This document shows positions 33,062 through 48,943 of a stretch of DNA of 64,000 nt, one piece after another. Position numbers and translations under genes: made by a program. Numbering within the stretch: position 1 is the first letter of the stretch; every line of letters starts with the position of its first letter. The stretch comes from Eledone cirrhosa. Lineage: Eukaryota. The notes beneath the pieces were generated by a model, which made no database searches, was not told the DNA's origin, and worked only from the letters and a program-made list of their open reading frames with translations. The DNA lies in assembly GCA_964016885.1 (NCBI GenBank), contig OZ024761.1, positions 31,620,001-31,684,000 of the forward strand, given 5' to 3'.

Positions 33062-33152
<91 letters not shown>

Positions 33153-33215
33153 GTATATATATATATTGAAAAGATAACAAGGACGATTGGTTACTCCTTC
33201 ATTACATTTATTGGT

Positions 33216-33303
33216 TGGTGACGCGCGTTTCGCCACTGATCAGCTGAAGGTTCGATCTGTATCGATCTTACCCGACTCTGTAATCCGCGGCTCGTCGGAG
33301 CCC
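33216..33303 (-). ncRNA. Hammerhead-like motif with CCGACGA (U4C) core and a long stem II insert
   Basis: Reverse complement: GGGCU-CCGACGA-GCCGC..~50 nt..GUGGC-GAAA-CGCGCG(palindrome)-UC-ACC. Stem I is imperfect. Confidence 0.55.
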
Positions 33304-33393
33304 TTGTAATGTTAGTAAAAACCTTGACACTGAAGTGAACCTAACCATCGAGTGCTCACCCGGGTGAACCTACAGAAACTCCAAGTTACACTC

Positions 33394-33448
<55 letters not shown>

Positions 33449-33530
33449 GATAAACAGGAATAACAACACAATCGGTACAGTATATGGAAGGAATATATTA
33501 GGTTAACGCTTGAAATAGCAGGAAGAGGGA

Positions 33531-33564
33531 CTTAACGTTTCGGACGCTAGTCCTTCATCAGAAG
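33531..33564 (-). ncRNA. Ultra-minimal hammerhead motif
   Basis: Reverse complement: CUU-CUGAUGA-A-GGAC uagc GUCC-GAAA-CG-UU-AAG. Palindromic AACGUU at stem III. Confidence 0.6.
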
Positions 33565-33739
33565 AAAGAATGAGAAATAAGATAGATTGAAGGGACAGGC
33601 GGGTTGGAATTGAAAAAATGTCTTTAGTCCGGGACGGTTGTTTGGGGAAGACCAACAGTCGCCCATGCATACCAGCCTTCCCTCTGCTCTCCACACCACC
33701 GACGTGGTCCAAGGGAAAGGCAATGGTCGATACAGCTTG

Positions 33740-33991
<252 letters not shown>

Positions 33992-34377
33992 CCAGCCAGC
34001 ACTGATGTAAAATATATAGTAGCAAAACTGTTAGATTAATAAGCAACACGGGGTTAATTAATCGGATACATTATAATTTATATGTTTTAAAATGGCGTTA
34101 TTTCTTTAATCCCATTACGGCTAAATTATCAATAAGATAGGTAAGTGGAAATATCTATTGTTGGGGGGTGGGGGATCCCGGCTTATTTAAGCTTGTTTAA
34201 GAGACTGCGTTTGATTTAAGAGTACTAACACATACAATCACATATACACACTCACACACACACATATATTCATATATATGTATATATATATTCATATATA
34301 TGTATATATATATTCATATATATATATATATATATTCATATTTCTGTATATATATATATTCATATATATATATATGT

Positions 34378-35878
34378 ACATGTCTGGTGGAGTGTATTTT
34401 GGTTAGCTGTCCGCGTAGAGAAGGACCTGAGTGGGCCAGTTGGATATCTAGTCCCTCTCGTCTGATAGCTCTGCGGATGGCTGTTGTTGTTTCGTCACTG
34501 AAGTGTGGGAGCTTCAGGAAGCAAGTGTTAGTGCCTCGGGTGTGGTGTCCTCTGTTCTTTCTGGCACGGTTTGTGGCGGATGTCATGTATCCGTTCAGTT
34601 TGAGTACTTCCAGGAAATGTGTGGTGTGTGTGTCTCGGTCTCTAGCGTCGGTGCATTTGTTCCGGATACGTGTTAGTTCGTTCCTTATGTATCCGAACTT
34701 AGCGCCGGCTGGGAGGGCCGATCTGAAATATACGAACAGGTCCCTGCTGGCGGCTTTTTTATAGAAGCAGGTGTGGATGTTGCCTTCCTCTGTTACCCTG
34801 AGTTGGAAGTCCAGTAGGGATAGGGATCCGCGGTCATCGGGGTGTTCCATGCTGAACTTTATACTGGCGTCCATGCTGGAGAATGTTGTGTATATTTTAT
34901 CTGCCTCCTCACGGGATGATGTAAGGATGTGTATGTCATATACATATCGGGTGAAGAAGGTATAGGAATGGCAGGTGTTGAGGGCTCGGCATTCTAGCTG
35001 GTTCATGTAGGTGATGGTCAGCAGGCCCGATAGGCTGGATCCCATGGGTAATCCTGTTGTCTGTCTGTATGTGCGGTGGTGGAAGGTGAAGTACGTGTTG
35101 TCTACTGTGAAGGACAAAAACTGGTGTATGTCCGTCGGGTGGAGGCCGTAGCAGTGGATGTCCTCTGCGACCACGCAGTCCGTCAATAAATCGACAGCTG
35201 GATGAGCGGGGACTGTAGTGTAGGGGGAGACAACGTCGAGGCTAAAGGCGTATCTATTTAGTTTAAGTTGTTCTGGCTGCAGTTGGTGTAGTCTACGTAT
35301 AACTTCGTCGGAGCTACTGACATGCCCGGGAAAGGTGGAGAGTAGAGGCTTGAGTACCTGGGAGAGGAGCCAGGAAATTTTGTATAGGGGTCCTCTATGC
35401 TAGAGACGATGGGTCTTATTTGCGTCTTAGTACTATTCTTGTGGGTCTTGATGAGGTCGTAGAAAGTGGGCAGTCTGCTATTTCTAGTGGTGTAGTTGAG
35501 CTTAACTTTATTTGGGAGTTGTCTTCTCCTACAGATATCGAACCAGATGGAGTTGGTCTGTTTTTCGATCTGGGCTGCAGTCATGCCCGGGATCTCTCTA
35601 TATAGTTCATTGTCGCTTAGGTGTTCAAAGGCTAGGTTGTTGTATGTGGCTTGAGAGATGACGCAAAACTCTTTACCTTTGTCGGATGGTAAGTATATAA
35701 GTTCCCTATTCCGTAGGTTCTACAGGGTGAGTTGTTGTGTCCTGGAGAGGTTTGGAGCTATCTTCTTCTGTTTCCGTAAGATGTTAAATACGGAATGTTT
35801 TAGCCTCGAGAGTTTTTCTTCAAGCTCGCGTTTGGCAGGCGGTGGACAGAGTGGGCGATCCAGTTGGTATATCGGGAA
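34378..35878 (-). mobile_element. Degenerate Penelope-like element RT fragment (different clade from the 55-57 kb element)
   Basis: Frameshifted minus-strand pieces: [75 protein letters not shown] (YVDD decayed), IKFSMEH..LSLLDF, FLKLPHFSD. Both ends dissolve into (TA)n/(TTCATA)n. Confidence 0.88.
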
Positions 35879-35882
35879 TATA

Positions 35883-35966
<84 letters not shown>

Positions 35967-36022
35967 TATATATATATATTCATATATATATATATTCATA
36001 TATATATATATATATATATATA

Positions 36023-36122
<100 letters not shown>

Positions 36123-36130
36123 TATATATA

Positions 36131-36166
<36 letters not shown>

Positions 36167-36251
36167 TATATATATATATATATATTCATATATATATATA
36201 TATATATTCATATATATATATATATATATATATTCATATATATATATTCAT

Positions 36252-36972
36252 ATATGTGTATAAAAAACATGAGAAGAAAGAAGAATACTGCGTGGTTGCA
36301 CATGGGTTACATATGATAAAATTAGTCCCTCATCAGTGATTTGACAACCATCATTGATATTTCATCGCATTAAAATCATATACCTCAGGTTGGTGCGAGC
36401 AATAGCTAAATAAAGCTATTGGGACAAGTAAATCGCGTAAAGCGAGTGAGACAAGTAAACAACATAGAAGGATAAAAGCAAACCGAAGATAGGAAAATAA
36501 ACAAGCAACATGGTTGTCCGGTCAGCATAATCTGGGTGGATTTCATGAGCGATCAAGATACAGACCATCCGACGTGAGTGAGATGTGAGCGAGAAGAGAC
36601 CCACACAAGCCAAACGGGAGGAAGTGAGAAGGGGAGATACAGAGAGTGAGTGAGTGGAAGTGCGAGGAAGAGGTCAGTCGAGAGAAAGTGTAACTGACAG
36701 AGGGGGCGAAAGAAGGTGAGAGAAACAGAGAGGATGGGGAAGCAGTAAGAGAGAAACGGACAAACGCAGCCGAGGTAAATATGTATAAAAAACATGAGAA
36801 GAAAGAAGTTTGCTTTCATCCTTTTATGTTGTTTACTTGTCTCACTCGCTTTACGCGATTTACTTGTCCCAATAGCTTTTTTTAGTTATTGCTCGCACCA
36901 ACCTGAGGTATATGATTTTTAATGCGATGAAATATCAGTGATGGTTGGCAAATCACTGACGAGGGACTAATT
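36252..36972. mobile_element. pLTR-like unit with direct and inverted repeats, upstream of the 34-36 kb PLE RT
   Basis: Inverted arms ~36320-36486 and ~36808-36972. Direct repeat tataaaaaacatgagaagaaagaag at ~36258 and ~36785. CTGAYGAGGG begins a truncated hammerhead core on each arm. Confidence 0.6.
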
Positions 36973-36975
36973 ATA

Positions 36976-37006
<31 letters not shown>

Positions 37007-37081
37007 TCGTATAAATATATATATATATTCATATATATATATATGAATATATATATATATATATATTCATATATATATATA

Positions 37082-37172
<91 letters not shown>

Positions 37173-37194
37173 GTATATATATATATATATATTA

Positions 37195-37230
<36 letters not shown>

Positions 37231-37286
37231 GTATATATATATATATATATATATTCGTATATATATATATATATATATATATATTC

Positions 37287-37322
<36 letters not shown>

Positions 37323-37383
37323 GTATATATATATATATATATATATATATACGTATATATATATATATATATATATATATTCG

Positions 37384-37452
<69 letters not shown>

Positions 37453-37577
37453 GTATTTATATATATATATATATATATATTCGTATATATATATATATAT
37501 ATTCGTATATATATATATATATATATTCGTATATATATATATATATATATTCGTATATATATATATATATATATATT

Positions 37578-37754
<177 letters not shown>

Positions 37755-37965
37755 TTTACGTATCGAGAAAGAGAGAAAAGGGAGAGATAGGTGATACATA
37801 TAGTTATTTGCCAAGTAGCGTATGCCAAAGGTGCTCGATACTAGTGCCGGCAGTATTAAATATTCGAAGTGTTAATATTTAGTGGGCTAGAGAGTTAGCA
37901 GAGCGTAAGCACGTGGGAAAGTGAAAAATCGGAGAATAGACCGTTAAAACATGTTTATTTAAAAT

Positions 37966-38008
37966 ATCACCTACGTACGTTTCGCCCAGTTGGGCTTCTC
38001 AAGGGCAT
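37966..38008 (-). ncRNA. Hammerhead motif with UUGAGAA (U3-A8) core
   Basis: Reverse complement: CC-UUGAGAA-GCCC aacu GGGC-GAAA-CGUACG(palindrome)-UA-GG. Stem I is only 2 bp. Confidence 0.55.
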
Positions 38009-38044
38009 AAATAATCACAAGTGTTCCTTATTCGTATATATACA

Positions 38045-38102
<58 letters not shown>

Positions 38103-38314
38103 GTATATATGTTTTGAACAGTTCTTTGATTCTTATATTTCACATAACTGCTCTGTAAATCATCTGATGTTTTTACATTGAGCTACTTAACTTACTGGTA
38201 ATAAGGTAGTAATACATTACTGCCTACCACTATTTAGGGTGTGTGTAAAATACTTACAACTGCTTAAGGTTTTGTGTTTACATAACCATAAATAGTATAA
38301 CTAATACTATATTC

Positions 38315-38358
<44 letters not shown>

Positions 38359-38436
38359 GTTTATATATATATATATATATATAATTATAATGAAATGACA
38401 GGAGGCTGGATTTGTGTAAATCCTTGAAAGGTTTAT

Positions 38437-38496
38437 TATACTATGATCATTTCAATGACCGGGTTCCGTATGAATCCGGTGATATCATCAGGTATT
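38437..38496 (-). ncRNA. Type I hammerhead, family B
   Basis: Reverse complement: AUAC-CUGAUGA-uauc ACCGG..CCGGU cauu-GAAA-UGAUCA(palindrome)-UA-GUAU. Confidence 0.75.
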
Positions 38497-38851
38497 CGAA
38501 ATATAATGCGTGAATGTAATAGATAAAATCCATGGGGCTGAAAATCGAGGACCCGAGGGCGACCGCTATCTTGCACACTCTACCTTAGCCGGTCGCCCTC
38601 GAGTGAGGGGGCTAAAGCTCACGGTGTGCTACTACCAGTCAGATAAAGGAAAACATAAAGGGATGGGAACATAAGTTACAAGACAAAAGAAAGAAAGAAA
38701 GGAAGGAGAGAGAAGAAGGGGAAGGAAGAAGAAGAGAAGCCAGGGTTAATGTCAGCTATAAGAAGAAAACTGAGCACACAACACACACACAGAAACAAAA
38801 TGGCGTAGGATAGAAGAAAGGAAAGGCACAGAAACAAAGGAAGGAATCCCC

Positions 38852-38896
38852 AGTCACTGAAGAGGTCACAGAGTGTGTGACGAAAGGACTATGACT
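38852..38896 (+). ncRNA. Type I hammerhead
   Basis: AGUCA-CUGAAGA-G-GUCACA gagug UGUGAC-GAAA-GGAC-UA-UGACU. Perfect 5-bp stem I and 6-bp stem II. Confidence 0.75.
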
Positions 38897-39210
38897 ATAT
38901 ATAAACAACTATCTGGTTGTGGAACCAACCAACCAACCAGAAATTTATAAGTTTGTAAATTTGTAAATTTATAAATTTATAAATATATAATAAATTGAAG
39001 TGAAAGCAACTGGTGCGTGTGTTTCTTATTGGCAACATGACCCTCCCAAAGTATAACCATATATATATATATATTCATATATATATATTCATATATATAT
39101 ATATATTCATATATATATATATATTCATATATATATATATATATTCATATATATATATATATTCATATATATATATTCATATATATATATATATTCATAT
39201 ATATATATTC

Positions 39211-39279
<69 letters not shown>

Positions 39280-39367
39280 TATATATATATATATATATAT
39301 ATTCATATATATATATACATTTATATATATATATATATATTCATATATATATATATATATATATATA

Positions 39368-39403
<36 letters not shown>

Positions 39404-39694
39404 TATATATACATTTATATATATACATTTATATATATACATTTATATATATACATTTATATATATACATTTATATATATACATTTATATATATACATTT
39501 ATATATATATATTCATTTATATATATATATTCATATATATATATTCATTTATATATATATATTCATATATATATATTCATATATATATATATATATATAT
39601 ATATTCATATATATATATACATTTATTTATATATATATATACATTTATTTATATATATATATACATTTATTTATATATATATATATATATATGA

Positions 39695-39721
<27 letters not shown>

Positions 39722-39726
<5 letters not shown>

Positions 39727-40140
39727 GAAATATAAGAATCAAAGAACTGTTCAAAACATTTTTATGCTTACAACTGTTTCCTCCAAACCGAGGTTTGGAT
39801 TCTTCGGAGAAATTTATTAATGAATGAACACTTATATGACCTCCTTTTCACCCAAGAGACAGACAGATACATTAATAAATTGCTCCGAAGAATCCAAACC
39901 TCGGTTTGGAGGAAACGGTTGTAAGCATAAAAATGTTTTGAACAGTTCTTTGATTCTTATATTTCATATAACTGCTCTGTAAATCATCTGATGTTTTTAC
40001 ATTGAGCTACTTAACTTACTAGTAATAAGGTAGTAATATATTACTGCCTACCACTATTTGGGGTTTGTATAAAAATATATATAACTGCAAAAGGCTTTTG
40101 TATTTACATAACCATAAATAGTATAATTAATACTATATTT
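39722..40140. mobile_element. Fold-back short element (arms ~39722-39821 and ~39870-39970, plus tail), partial tail copy at ~38108-38312
   Basis: Inverted arms each contain the CCGAAGA hammerhead. The tail is near-identical to 38108-38312. Confidence 0.75.
39881..39927 (+). ncRNA. Hammerhead with CCGAAGA (U4C) core, with a mirror copy at 39765-39811 (-)
   Basis: UGCU-CCGAAGA-a UCCAAACC uc GGUUUGGA g-GAAA-CGGUUG-UA-AGCA. Confidence 0.7.
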
Positions 40141-40167
40141 ATATATATATATTTATATATATATATT

Positions 40168-40198
<31 letters not shown>

Positions 40199-40288
40199 AT
40201 ATATATTTATATATCTATTTATATATATATATATATTCATATTTTTATATATATATATTCATATATATATATATATATATATATATTC

Positions 40289-40337
<49 letters not shown>

Positions 40338-40627
40338 TATATATACATATATTCATATATATTAATAAAAATAATGAATAAAAACAAAGAAACAGTTCCT
40401 TATATTAAAAAATTCATCATTTTACGATCGTTTCATTAATTTATCTTGACTCTGTTTTCCTGTGTTTTTCATCGAAAATATGTTGAATACATCTTCTCTT
40501 TTCATGATATTTGGATTACATTGAGTTATTCATACGGATTGGACACTACCGTATATTTTGGTAGATTTATCTACATATATATACATATATATATATATGA
40601 ATATATACATATATATATATATATATA

Positions 40628-40673
<46 letters not shown>

Positions 40674-40708
40674 TATGAATATATATATATATATATATTC
40701 GTATATAT

Positions 40709-40751
<43 letters not shown>

Positions 40752-40798
40752 TATATACATATATATGAATATATATATATATATATATTCGTATATAT

Positions 40799-40845
<47 letters not shown>

Positions 40846-41224
40846 TATATTTGGGGAGGGTCATATTTGCGTAATATTGCCAGAATTAATAACAGAACAC
40901 ACTCACTGTTTGGTTGGTTTTCGCTTCTCGCTGTCTTTTATATCTGCGATCTAACTTACTCGGTCCTCAATGTTGCCATTGACTGACCGGCGGTCAAAAA
41001 TAATACAGATACAATATAGAAACAAACACATATATATAGTTTACATAATTTACATAAATCTTTCGTTGCACATCTGCAACATCGTCAGTGGTGTTATATT
41101 CTTTGTTCCTCCTGTTGTGTTGTATGTCTACAAATATATTCATATATATATATATATATTCATATATATATATATATATATTCATATATATATATATATT
41201 CATATATATATATATATATATATA

Positions 41225-41262
<38 letters not shown>

Positions 41263-41272
41263 TATATATATA

Positions 41273-41307
<35 letters not shown>

Positions 41308-41400
41308 GTACACGTACATACATATATGTATACAGACGTACAGTAGTATGTATATATATATATATATAAATACATACATGAACACATACATGTCAAACTG

Positions 41401-41458
<58 letters not shown>

Positions 41459-41610
41459 ATACTTGGGGAGCGTCATATTGTTACAATATTGCCAGAAATA
41501 ACAGAACACTCACAGTTTGGTTTGGGTTGGTTTTCGCTTCTGTATCTTTTATATCTCCATAGTTAATTTATCTGGCAACCAATATATATATATATATATA
41601 TACACTCGTT

Positions 41611-41656
<46 letters not shown>

Positions 41657-41667
41657 TATACTCATGT

Positions 41668-41730
<63 letters not shown>

Positions 41731-41784
41731 TCGTTTGTGTGTGTGTATATATATATATATATATAAATATGTCTATACTCATGT

Positions 41785-41829
<45 letters not shown>

Positions 41830-41834
41830 TCGTT

Positions 41835-41871
<37 letters not shown>

Positions 41872-41920
41872 GTCTATACTCATGTTGTGTGTGTGTGTAT
41901 ATATATATGTATACTCATAT

Positions 41921-41957
<37 letters not shown>

Positions 41958-42126
41958 TGCTGTTGACGTGGTTGTTGTTGTCGTGGCTATTGTTGATGTG
42001 ATGATCGTCGTTGTTACCATTGTGGTTATTGTTATAGTTGTGGTTATTGTTGCTGTTGTGGTTGTTGTTGTTGCTGTTGATGTGGTTGTTGTTCTTATTA
42101 TCGTCGTAGTCATTATTATTGTGGTA

Positions 42127-42435
42127 GTTCAAATCCCGCCGAGGTTGACTTTGCCTTTCATCCTTACGGGGTCGATAAAATAAAGTACCAGTAATGTACT
42201 GAGATAATTGCTGGCCTTGTGCCTATAGTAGAAATCATTATTATTATAAAGTACCAGTAATGCACTGGGTAATTGCTGGCCTTGTGCCTATAGTAGAAAT
42301 CATTATTATTATAAAGTACCAGTAATGCACTGGGTAATTGCTGGTCTTGTGCCTATAGTAGAAATCATTATTATTATAAAGTACCAGTAATGCACTGGGT
42401 AATTGCTGGCCTTGTGCCTATAGTAGAAGCAATTA
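42127..42435 (+). mobile_element. tRNA-derived SINE with a tandemly repeated ~65-bp 3' module (4 copies)
   Basis: B-box GTTCAAATCC, body gaggttgactttgcctttcatccttacggggtcgataaaataaagtaccag, and the repeated module aaagtaccagtaatgcactgggtaattgctggccttgtgcctatagtagaaatcatta. Confidence 0.8.
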
Positions 42436-42890
42436 TTATTGTGGTAGTTGCTGTTGTTGTTTAACTCATTTTTTAAAAGAAAGAGGCGACGAAATGTCAG
42501 AAAGGTTAAAATGTCGGATAGAAAGATTTGCGACATTTGCTTTTGTTTCTCTGCTCTCTGGGGTCAACTTTGCCTTTTATCCTTACGGGGTCGATAAATA
42601 AAGTACCAGTCTAGTACTGTGGTCGATACTTCCTCTGTATATCTTTCTCACTTCCTCCTTATCATACACACACACACACACTCTTTCTCTTTTCTTTCTA
42701 TCAATCTTTCTTTCTCTCTCTTTCTCTCTCTCTTCCTTTCTTTCTTTCTCGCTTTTTCTCTCTTCCTTTCTCTCTTTTTCTCTCTTCCTTTCTCTCTTTT
42801 CTCTCTTCCTTTCTCTCTCTTTCTCTCTTCCTTTCTCTCTCTTTCTCTCTTCCTTTCTCTATCTTTCTCTCTTCCTTTCTCTCTCTCTCT

Positions 42891-42926
<36 letters not shown>

Positions 42927-43121
42927 CTCCTCCTTCCATCATACTCCAAACCGCCATTTCCGCTTTAGCTCGGTTTTACCTTCAATTCTCTCATTTCCTA
43001 CAACAGTTCAGTTTTAATTTCCTCTCCTCTTCTTCTTTAATTTCCTTCATGTTTCATCCTCATCATCACGTACACCATCATCACCATCGTATACACACAT
43101 ATGTATGTATGTATATATATA

Positions 43122-43514
43122 CGAGGGTAATCCCAAAAGTAAGGTCTCCAAAGCGATGGGGACGCAGAGAAACTGTTGGTATGGCTGTTGCCAACACTGT
43201 TGTGATTGGTGCTTCCTTCACTCTCAAACAAACATGCGTGCGCTTCGCTGTGATGCTCAATCTTGGCTTGGCAGCCGTTGAGAATGGAGCTCCCGTTGAA
43301 CGCTACCGCCAAGTGCGAATTTCGCGCAGTTATTATATAGAGGGCAATCCCAAAAGTAAGGTCTCCTTCCGAAGAAAACATGCGTTAAGGATCGGCGGAT
43401 CACTGTGGATGCTGTCTGCATTTTGGTTCCTGAGGTTTCCCGAAGCACCATCCACAGGATTTTTAACGAAAAGTTGCAATATCGAAGGAGACCTTACTTT
43501 TGGGATTGCCCTCG
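43122..43514 (+). mobile_element. Internally deleted mariner (Tc1/mariner) element with three TIR copies
   Basis: TIR cgagggtaatcccaaaagtaaggtctcc / ggagaccttacttttgggattgccctcg flanked by TA, with an extra left TIR at ~43339. Transposase remnants MELPLNATAKCEFRAVI (ATG 43284) and DRRITVDAVCILVPEVSRSTIHRIFNEKLQYR. Confidence 0.88.
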
Positions 43515-43619
43515 TATATATATATATATGAGTGAGTCCCGGGTTCAATCTTTGGTAACCACAGTAAGTAAGGTACTCAATATTAGTAGAGTGTAAGCAT
43601 CATGTTTAATATAGAAATG

Positions 43620-43669
43620 GCTTCTACAGGACTAGACCTGTTTCATTCAAAAGAAATCATCAGGAAAGC
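43620..43669 (-). ncRNA. Type I hammerhead, family A
   Basis: Reverse complement: GCUUUC-CUGAUGA-UUUC uuuu GAAU-GAAA-CAGG ucuagu CCUG-UA-GAAGC. Confidence 0.72.
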
Positions 43670-43862
43670 TTTCGAAGCCATTTCAATATTATATAGGATA
43701 TATAAATAATCTATAAATAATCAAGTGAGTCATGAATTCTGGCCAACCCTGTATATATGTATGTGTGTGTGTGTGTTAAGTTATATTGGAGTTTATCAAT
43801 ATATATCCTGGTAAAGTTTATATATATATATAGTTATGTAATAAACAACATAAGATAATTAT

Positions 43863-43924
43863 TTCATTTACCAGTGGTTTCTTGAAGGCAGATATTTATA
43901 TCTGTCTTCAGTCGTCAGAATGAA
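43863..43924 (-). ncRNA. Type I hammerhead
   Basis: Reverse complement: UUCAUU-CUGACGA-c UGAAG ACAGAUAU aa AUAUCUGC CUUCA a-GAAA-CCACUGG-UA-AAUGAA. 6-bp stem I and long stem II. Confidence 0.8.
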
Positions 43925-43948
43925 TAAATAACATGGTGTTTTTATTAA

Positions 43949-43993
<45 letters not shown>

Positions 43994-44195
43994 AGACGGT
44001 CTGATCGAACCTATATATGAAGTCTTATAGTATACAGTTATATAACTGCTATAGATCAGTCAAAATGTCAATATGATCAATCCTCCGAAACGATCGTAAG
44101 ACTATGATATGAATAGGTAAAATAACTTGACGTTGTTGTTATTATTTTCATTGTTAAATTAATATCAAATATATATATATATAATATAGAAAAGT

Positions 44196-44242
44196 CTTCT
44201 ACAGGACTAGAACTGTTTCATTCGGGAGAAATCATCAGGAAG
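44196..44242 (-). ncRNA. Type I hammerhead, family A (degenerate mirror copy at 44244-44288 +)
   Basis: Reverse complement: CUUC-CUGAUGA-UUUC uccc GAAU-GAAA-CAG uucuaguc CUG-UA-GAAG. Confidence 0.7.
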
Positions 44243-44469
44243 CCTGATGATTCAGCCCGAAAGAAACAATTCTAGTCCCGTAGAAGCCATTTCTATATTG
44301 AACATGTATACCCTATATATTGAGTACCTTACTTACTGTAGTTACCTCCGATTGAACCCGTGATAAACTTATCTATCTATATATATGTATATATATATAT
44401 ATACAATAAGTTGAAAAAAATGAAAACGAAATTTCATTTCTCACTCTTAGTATGGCACTTACTTAAATG

Positions 44470-44521
44470 TAAGTATGTATGTATACGTATATACATATAT
44501 GTATACAGACGTACAGTAGCA

Positions 44522-44583
<62 letters not shown>

Positions 44584-44776
44584 CATACAGGTACACATAC
44601 ATATATGCACGCATCAGTTTAGCGGACGTTTATTATAACGCCGCTTTGTTCGTTTGTTTGTCAACGTTTATTATAACGCCGGTTTGTTCGGTTTGTTGAC
44701 AAACAAACGAACAAAGCGGCGTTATAATAAACGTCCGCTAAACTGATGCGTGCATATATGTATGTGTACCTGTATG

Positions 44777-44815
<39 letters not shown>

Positions 44816-44870
44816 GCATGCTACTGTACGTCTGTATACATATATGTATGTACGTATACATACATACTTA
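44470..44870. repeat. Fold-back repeat (arms ~44470-44665 and ~44696-44870), related single copies at ~24220-24450 and ~41310-41350
   Basis: gtatacagacgtacagtagcatgc..catcagtttagcggacgtttattataacgccgctttgttcg and its reverse complement. Confidence 0.75.
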
Positions 44871-44998
44871 CATATATATATACACATATATATATGTGTG
44901 TGTATATGTGTGTATGTATGTGTGTGTGTGTGTGTGTGTATACATGTATATGTGTGTGTGTGTATATATATATATATTTATACATATATATAATATAT

Positions 44999-45071
<73 letters not shown>

Positions 45072-45332
45072 ATATATAAGCTGATGTACTTATTCACGTG
45101 ACTGCATCAACCAACCAAACTTCACTCATATATGGAAACCCCCGAAACCCCCCTTTGTTTGAAGAACTTTGTAACGCGAACTGGCGCGAAATTTATTATA
45201 CTTATTCACCAACCAACCAAATTACTTCTCTAAAAAGGCGGCATTTCGAGCCCCTTTTTTCAATATAAAACAAGTAACATTCAAAGACCAACCAGATGTG
45301 AGAAAAACCACAGACACCCCATCTCAACTCTA

Positions 45333-45370
45333 TTTTTTGAAAAGCAGAAGAACTGCGAAACCGGTAAAGG
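45333..45370 (+). ncRNA. Hammerhead with UUGAAAA (U3-A8) core, family C
   Basis: UUUU-UUGAAAA-GCAG aagaa CUGC-GAAA-CCGG(palindrome)-UA-AAGG. Confidence 0.65.
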
Positions 45371-45435
45371 AACCAAATAAATATATATTTTTTTTAAAAA
45401 AGATTCCAGTTGCATTTTCTATTTCATCTTTTTTT

Positions 45436-45492
<57 letters not shown>

Positions 45493-46199
45493 TAACAAGT
45501 ACTCCTTTATTCAGCGTTCTTACAATCCTTTGATGTGATATCTTATCTCCAAAGTTACTACAATGAATTCTTTAGCTCTTGTTTTCTTTTCTCTTTCCTC
45601 TGTTCGGATCCTTCCACTTTGTCAGCCATTTTTACCCTTTCATGTCCACACACAATCCCTTAATTTCTTCTTTTTCTTCTGATTTCTTTTTCTTCTTATT
45701 TCTTTTTCTTCTTTTTTCTTATTTCTTTTTTTCTCTTTTTCTTATTTTTTCTTTTTTCCTGTTCTTTTTTCTTCTTTTTCTTCTTTTCTCCTCCTTCTTT
45801 TCTTCTTTTCCTTCTTCTTTTCCTTCTTCTTTATCTTCTTTTCCTTCTTCTTTTTCTTCTTTTCATTCTTCTTTTTCTTCTTTTTCCTTTCTTCTTCTTC
45901 TTTTCGGCTTCTTTTTTCTTCTTTTCCTTTTTCTTCATATTTTATTTCATTTCCTTATTTTTTCTCTTTTCCTTCTTCTTCTTCTCACTTCAATGTATTT
46001 GTGAAACTCTACCAAAGATGGTGTTTTTCACCATAAACGTTTTAATTCTATATAGATTATTTCTATCTTTGTTCTAAAAAACTGATACTTTTCACCTCAG
46101 CACAATAGTTTCATTGAAGTCCTATCGTTCCTGCCATCTTGGCTTCAGTATTACTTTTATTATATATATTTATTTTATTTTATTATTGTTATTAATATT

Positions 46200-48069
<1,870 letters not shown>

Positions 48070-48660
48070 GCTACTGGTAACATGTATCCCAGTACAACCT
48101 GTCTCATGGTCGGGTCGTTGGCGACTAAACTGGCAACCCCACCAAGGTTTCTTGGTGAGGAGGGTGACTTTGGACATCCTGCAGGACTAAAAACAAAACC
48201 TGTCAAAGGGCAAGGGAGCTCTTAAGAGTCAATAGCCATCCAAAATCACTGGGAGAGATGACCCCTTAGCCTTTGTCAAGGCAGAATTCTAGGAGAAGGA
48301 AAACTCTGATATAACACCTGCAACCCTGATGGTATCCAATGATGTTGACTTGTTCTTCTTTTTGGTAAATATCATCTTGGTTAAGAGAGTGGGACTGGCT
48401 TTGTGCAGTGCCTTTGCTCACTATAAAAGCTTCACAGCACAGGCATTGCTCTATATCTGGAGATCTCTCTGCACTTGTCATCACATGGTACCATGGGCCC
48501 TGCACTATGTGTCAATAATGGTCACAAGTGTAGTCTTTGTACCAGAGTTTTCAAGTCGCTGGCTGGACTAAAAAGTCACATTCGTTCAGCGCATCGGTAG
48601 GGGTTCTCCTACATGGATATAAAGTAGTGGCCGTACTCGAAAACGAGTTGGCAGCCACCA
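48070..48660 (+). mobile_element. ~600-bp RTE-derived element, copy 2
   Basis: Near-identical to the copies at 24589-25185 (-) and 48944-49561 (+). Confidence 0.78.
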
Positions 48661-48664
48661 TATG

Positions 48665-48733
<69 letters not shown>

Positions 48734-48830
48734 GTGTATATATATATATATGTGTATATATATATATATATGTATATGTATATATATATATATGTGTATA
48801 TATATATATATATGTATATATATATGTATG

Positions 48831-48881
<51 letters not shown>

Positions 48882-48943
48882 GTATATATATGTATGTGTG
48901 TGTGTGTGTATGTATATATATGTATATATATATATATGTAGTA

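Noticed and set aside
40410-44105. GAAA-CGAUCG-UA half-motifs at ~40422 (-) and ~44086 (+)
   Set aside because: Palindromic stem III is present but I could not place a matching CUGANGA core with stem II. At best degenerate.
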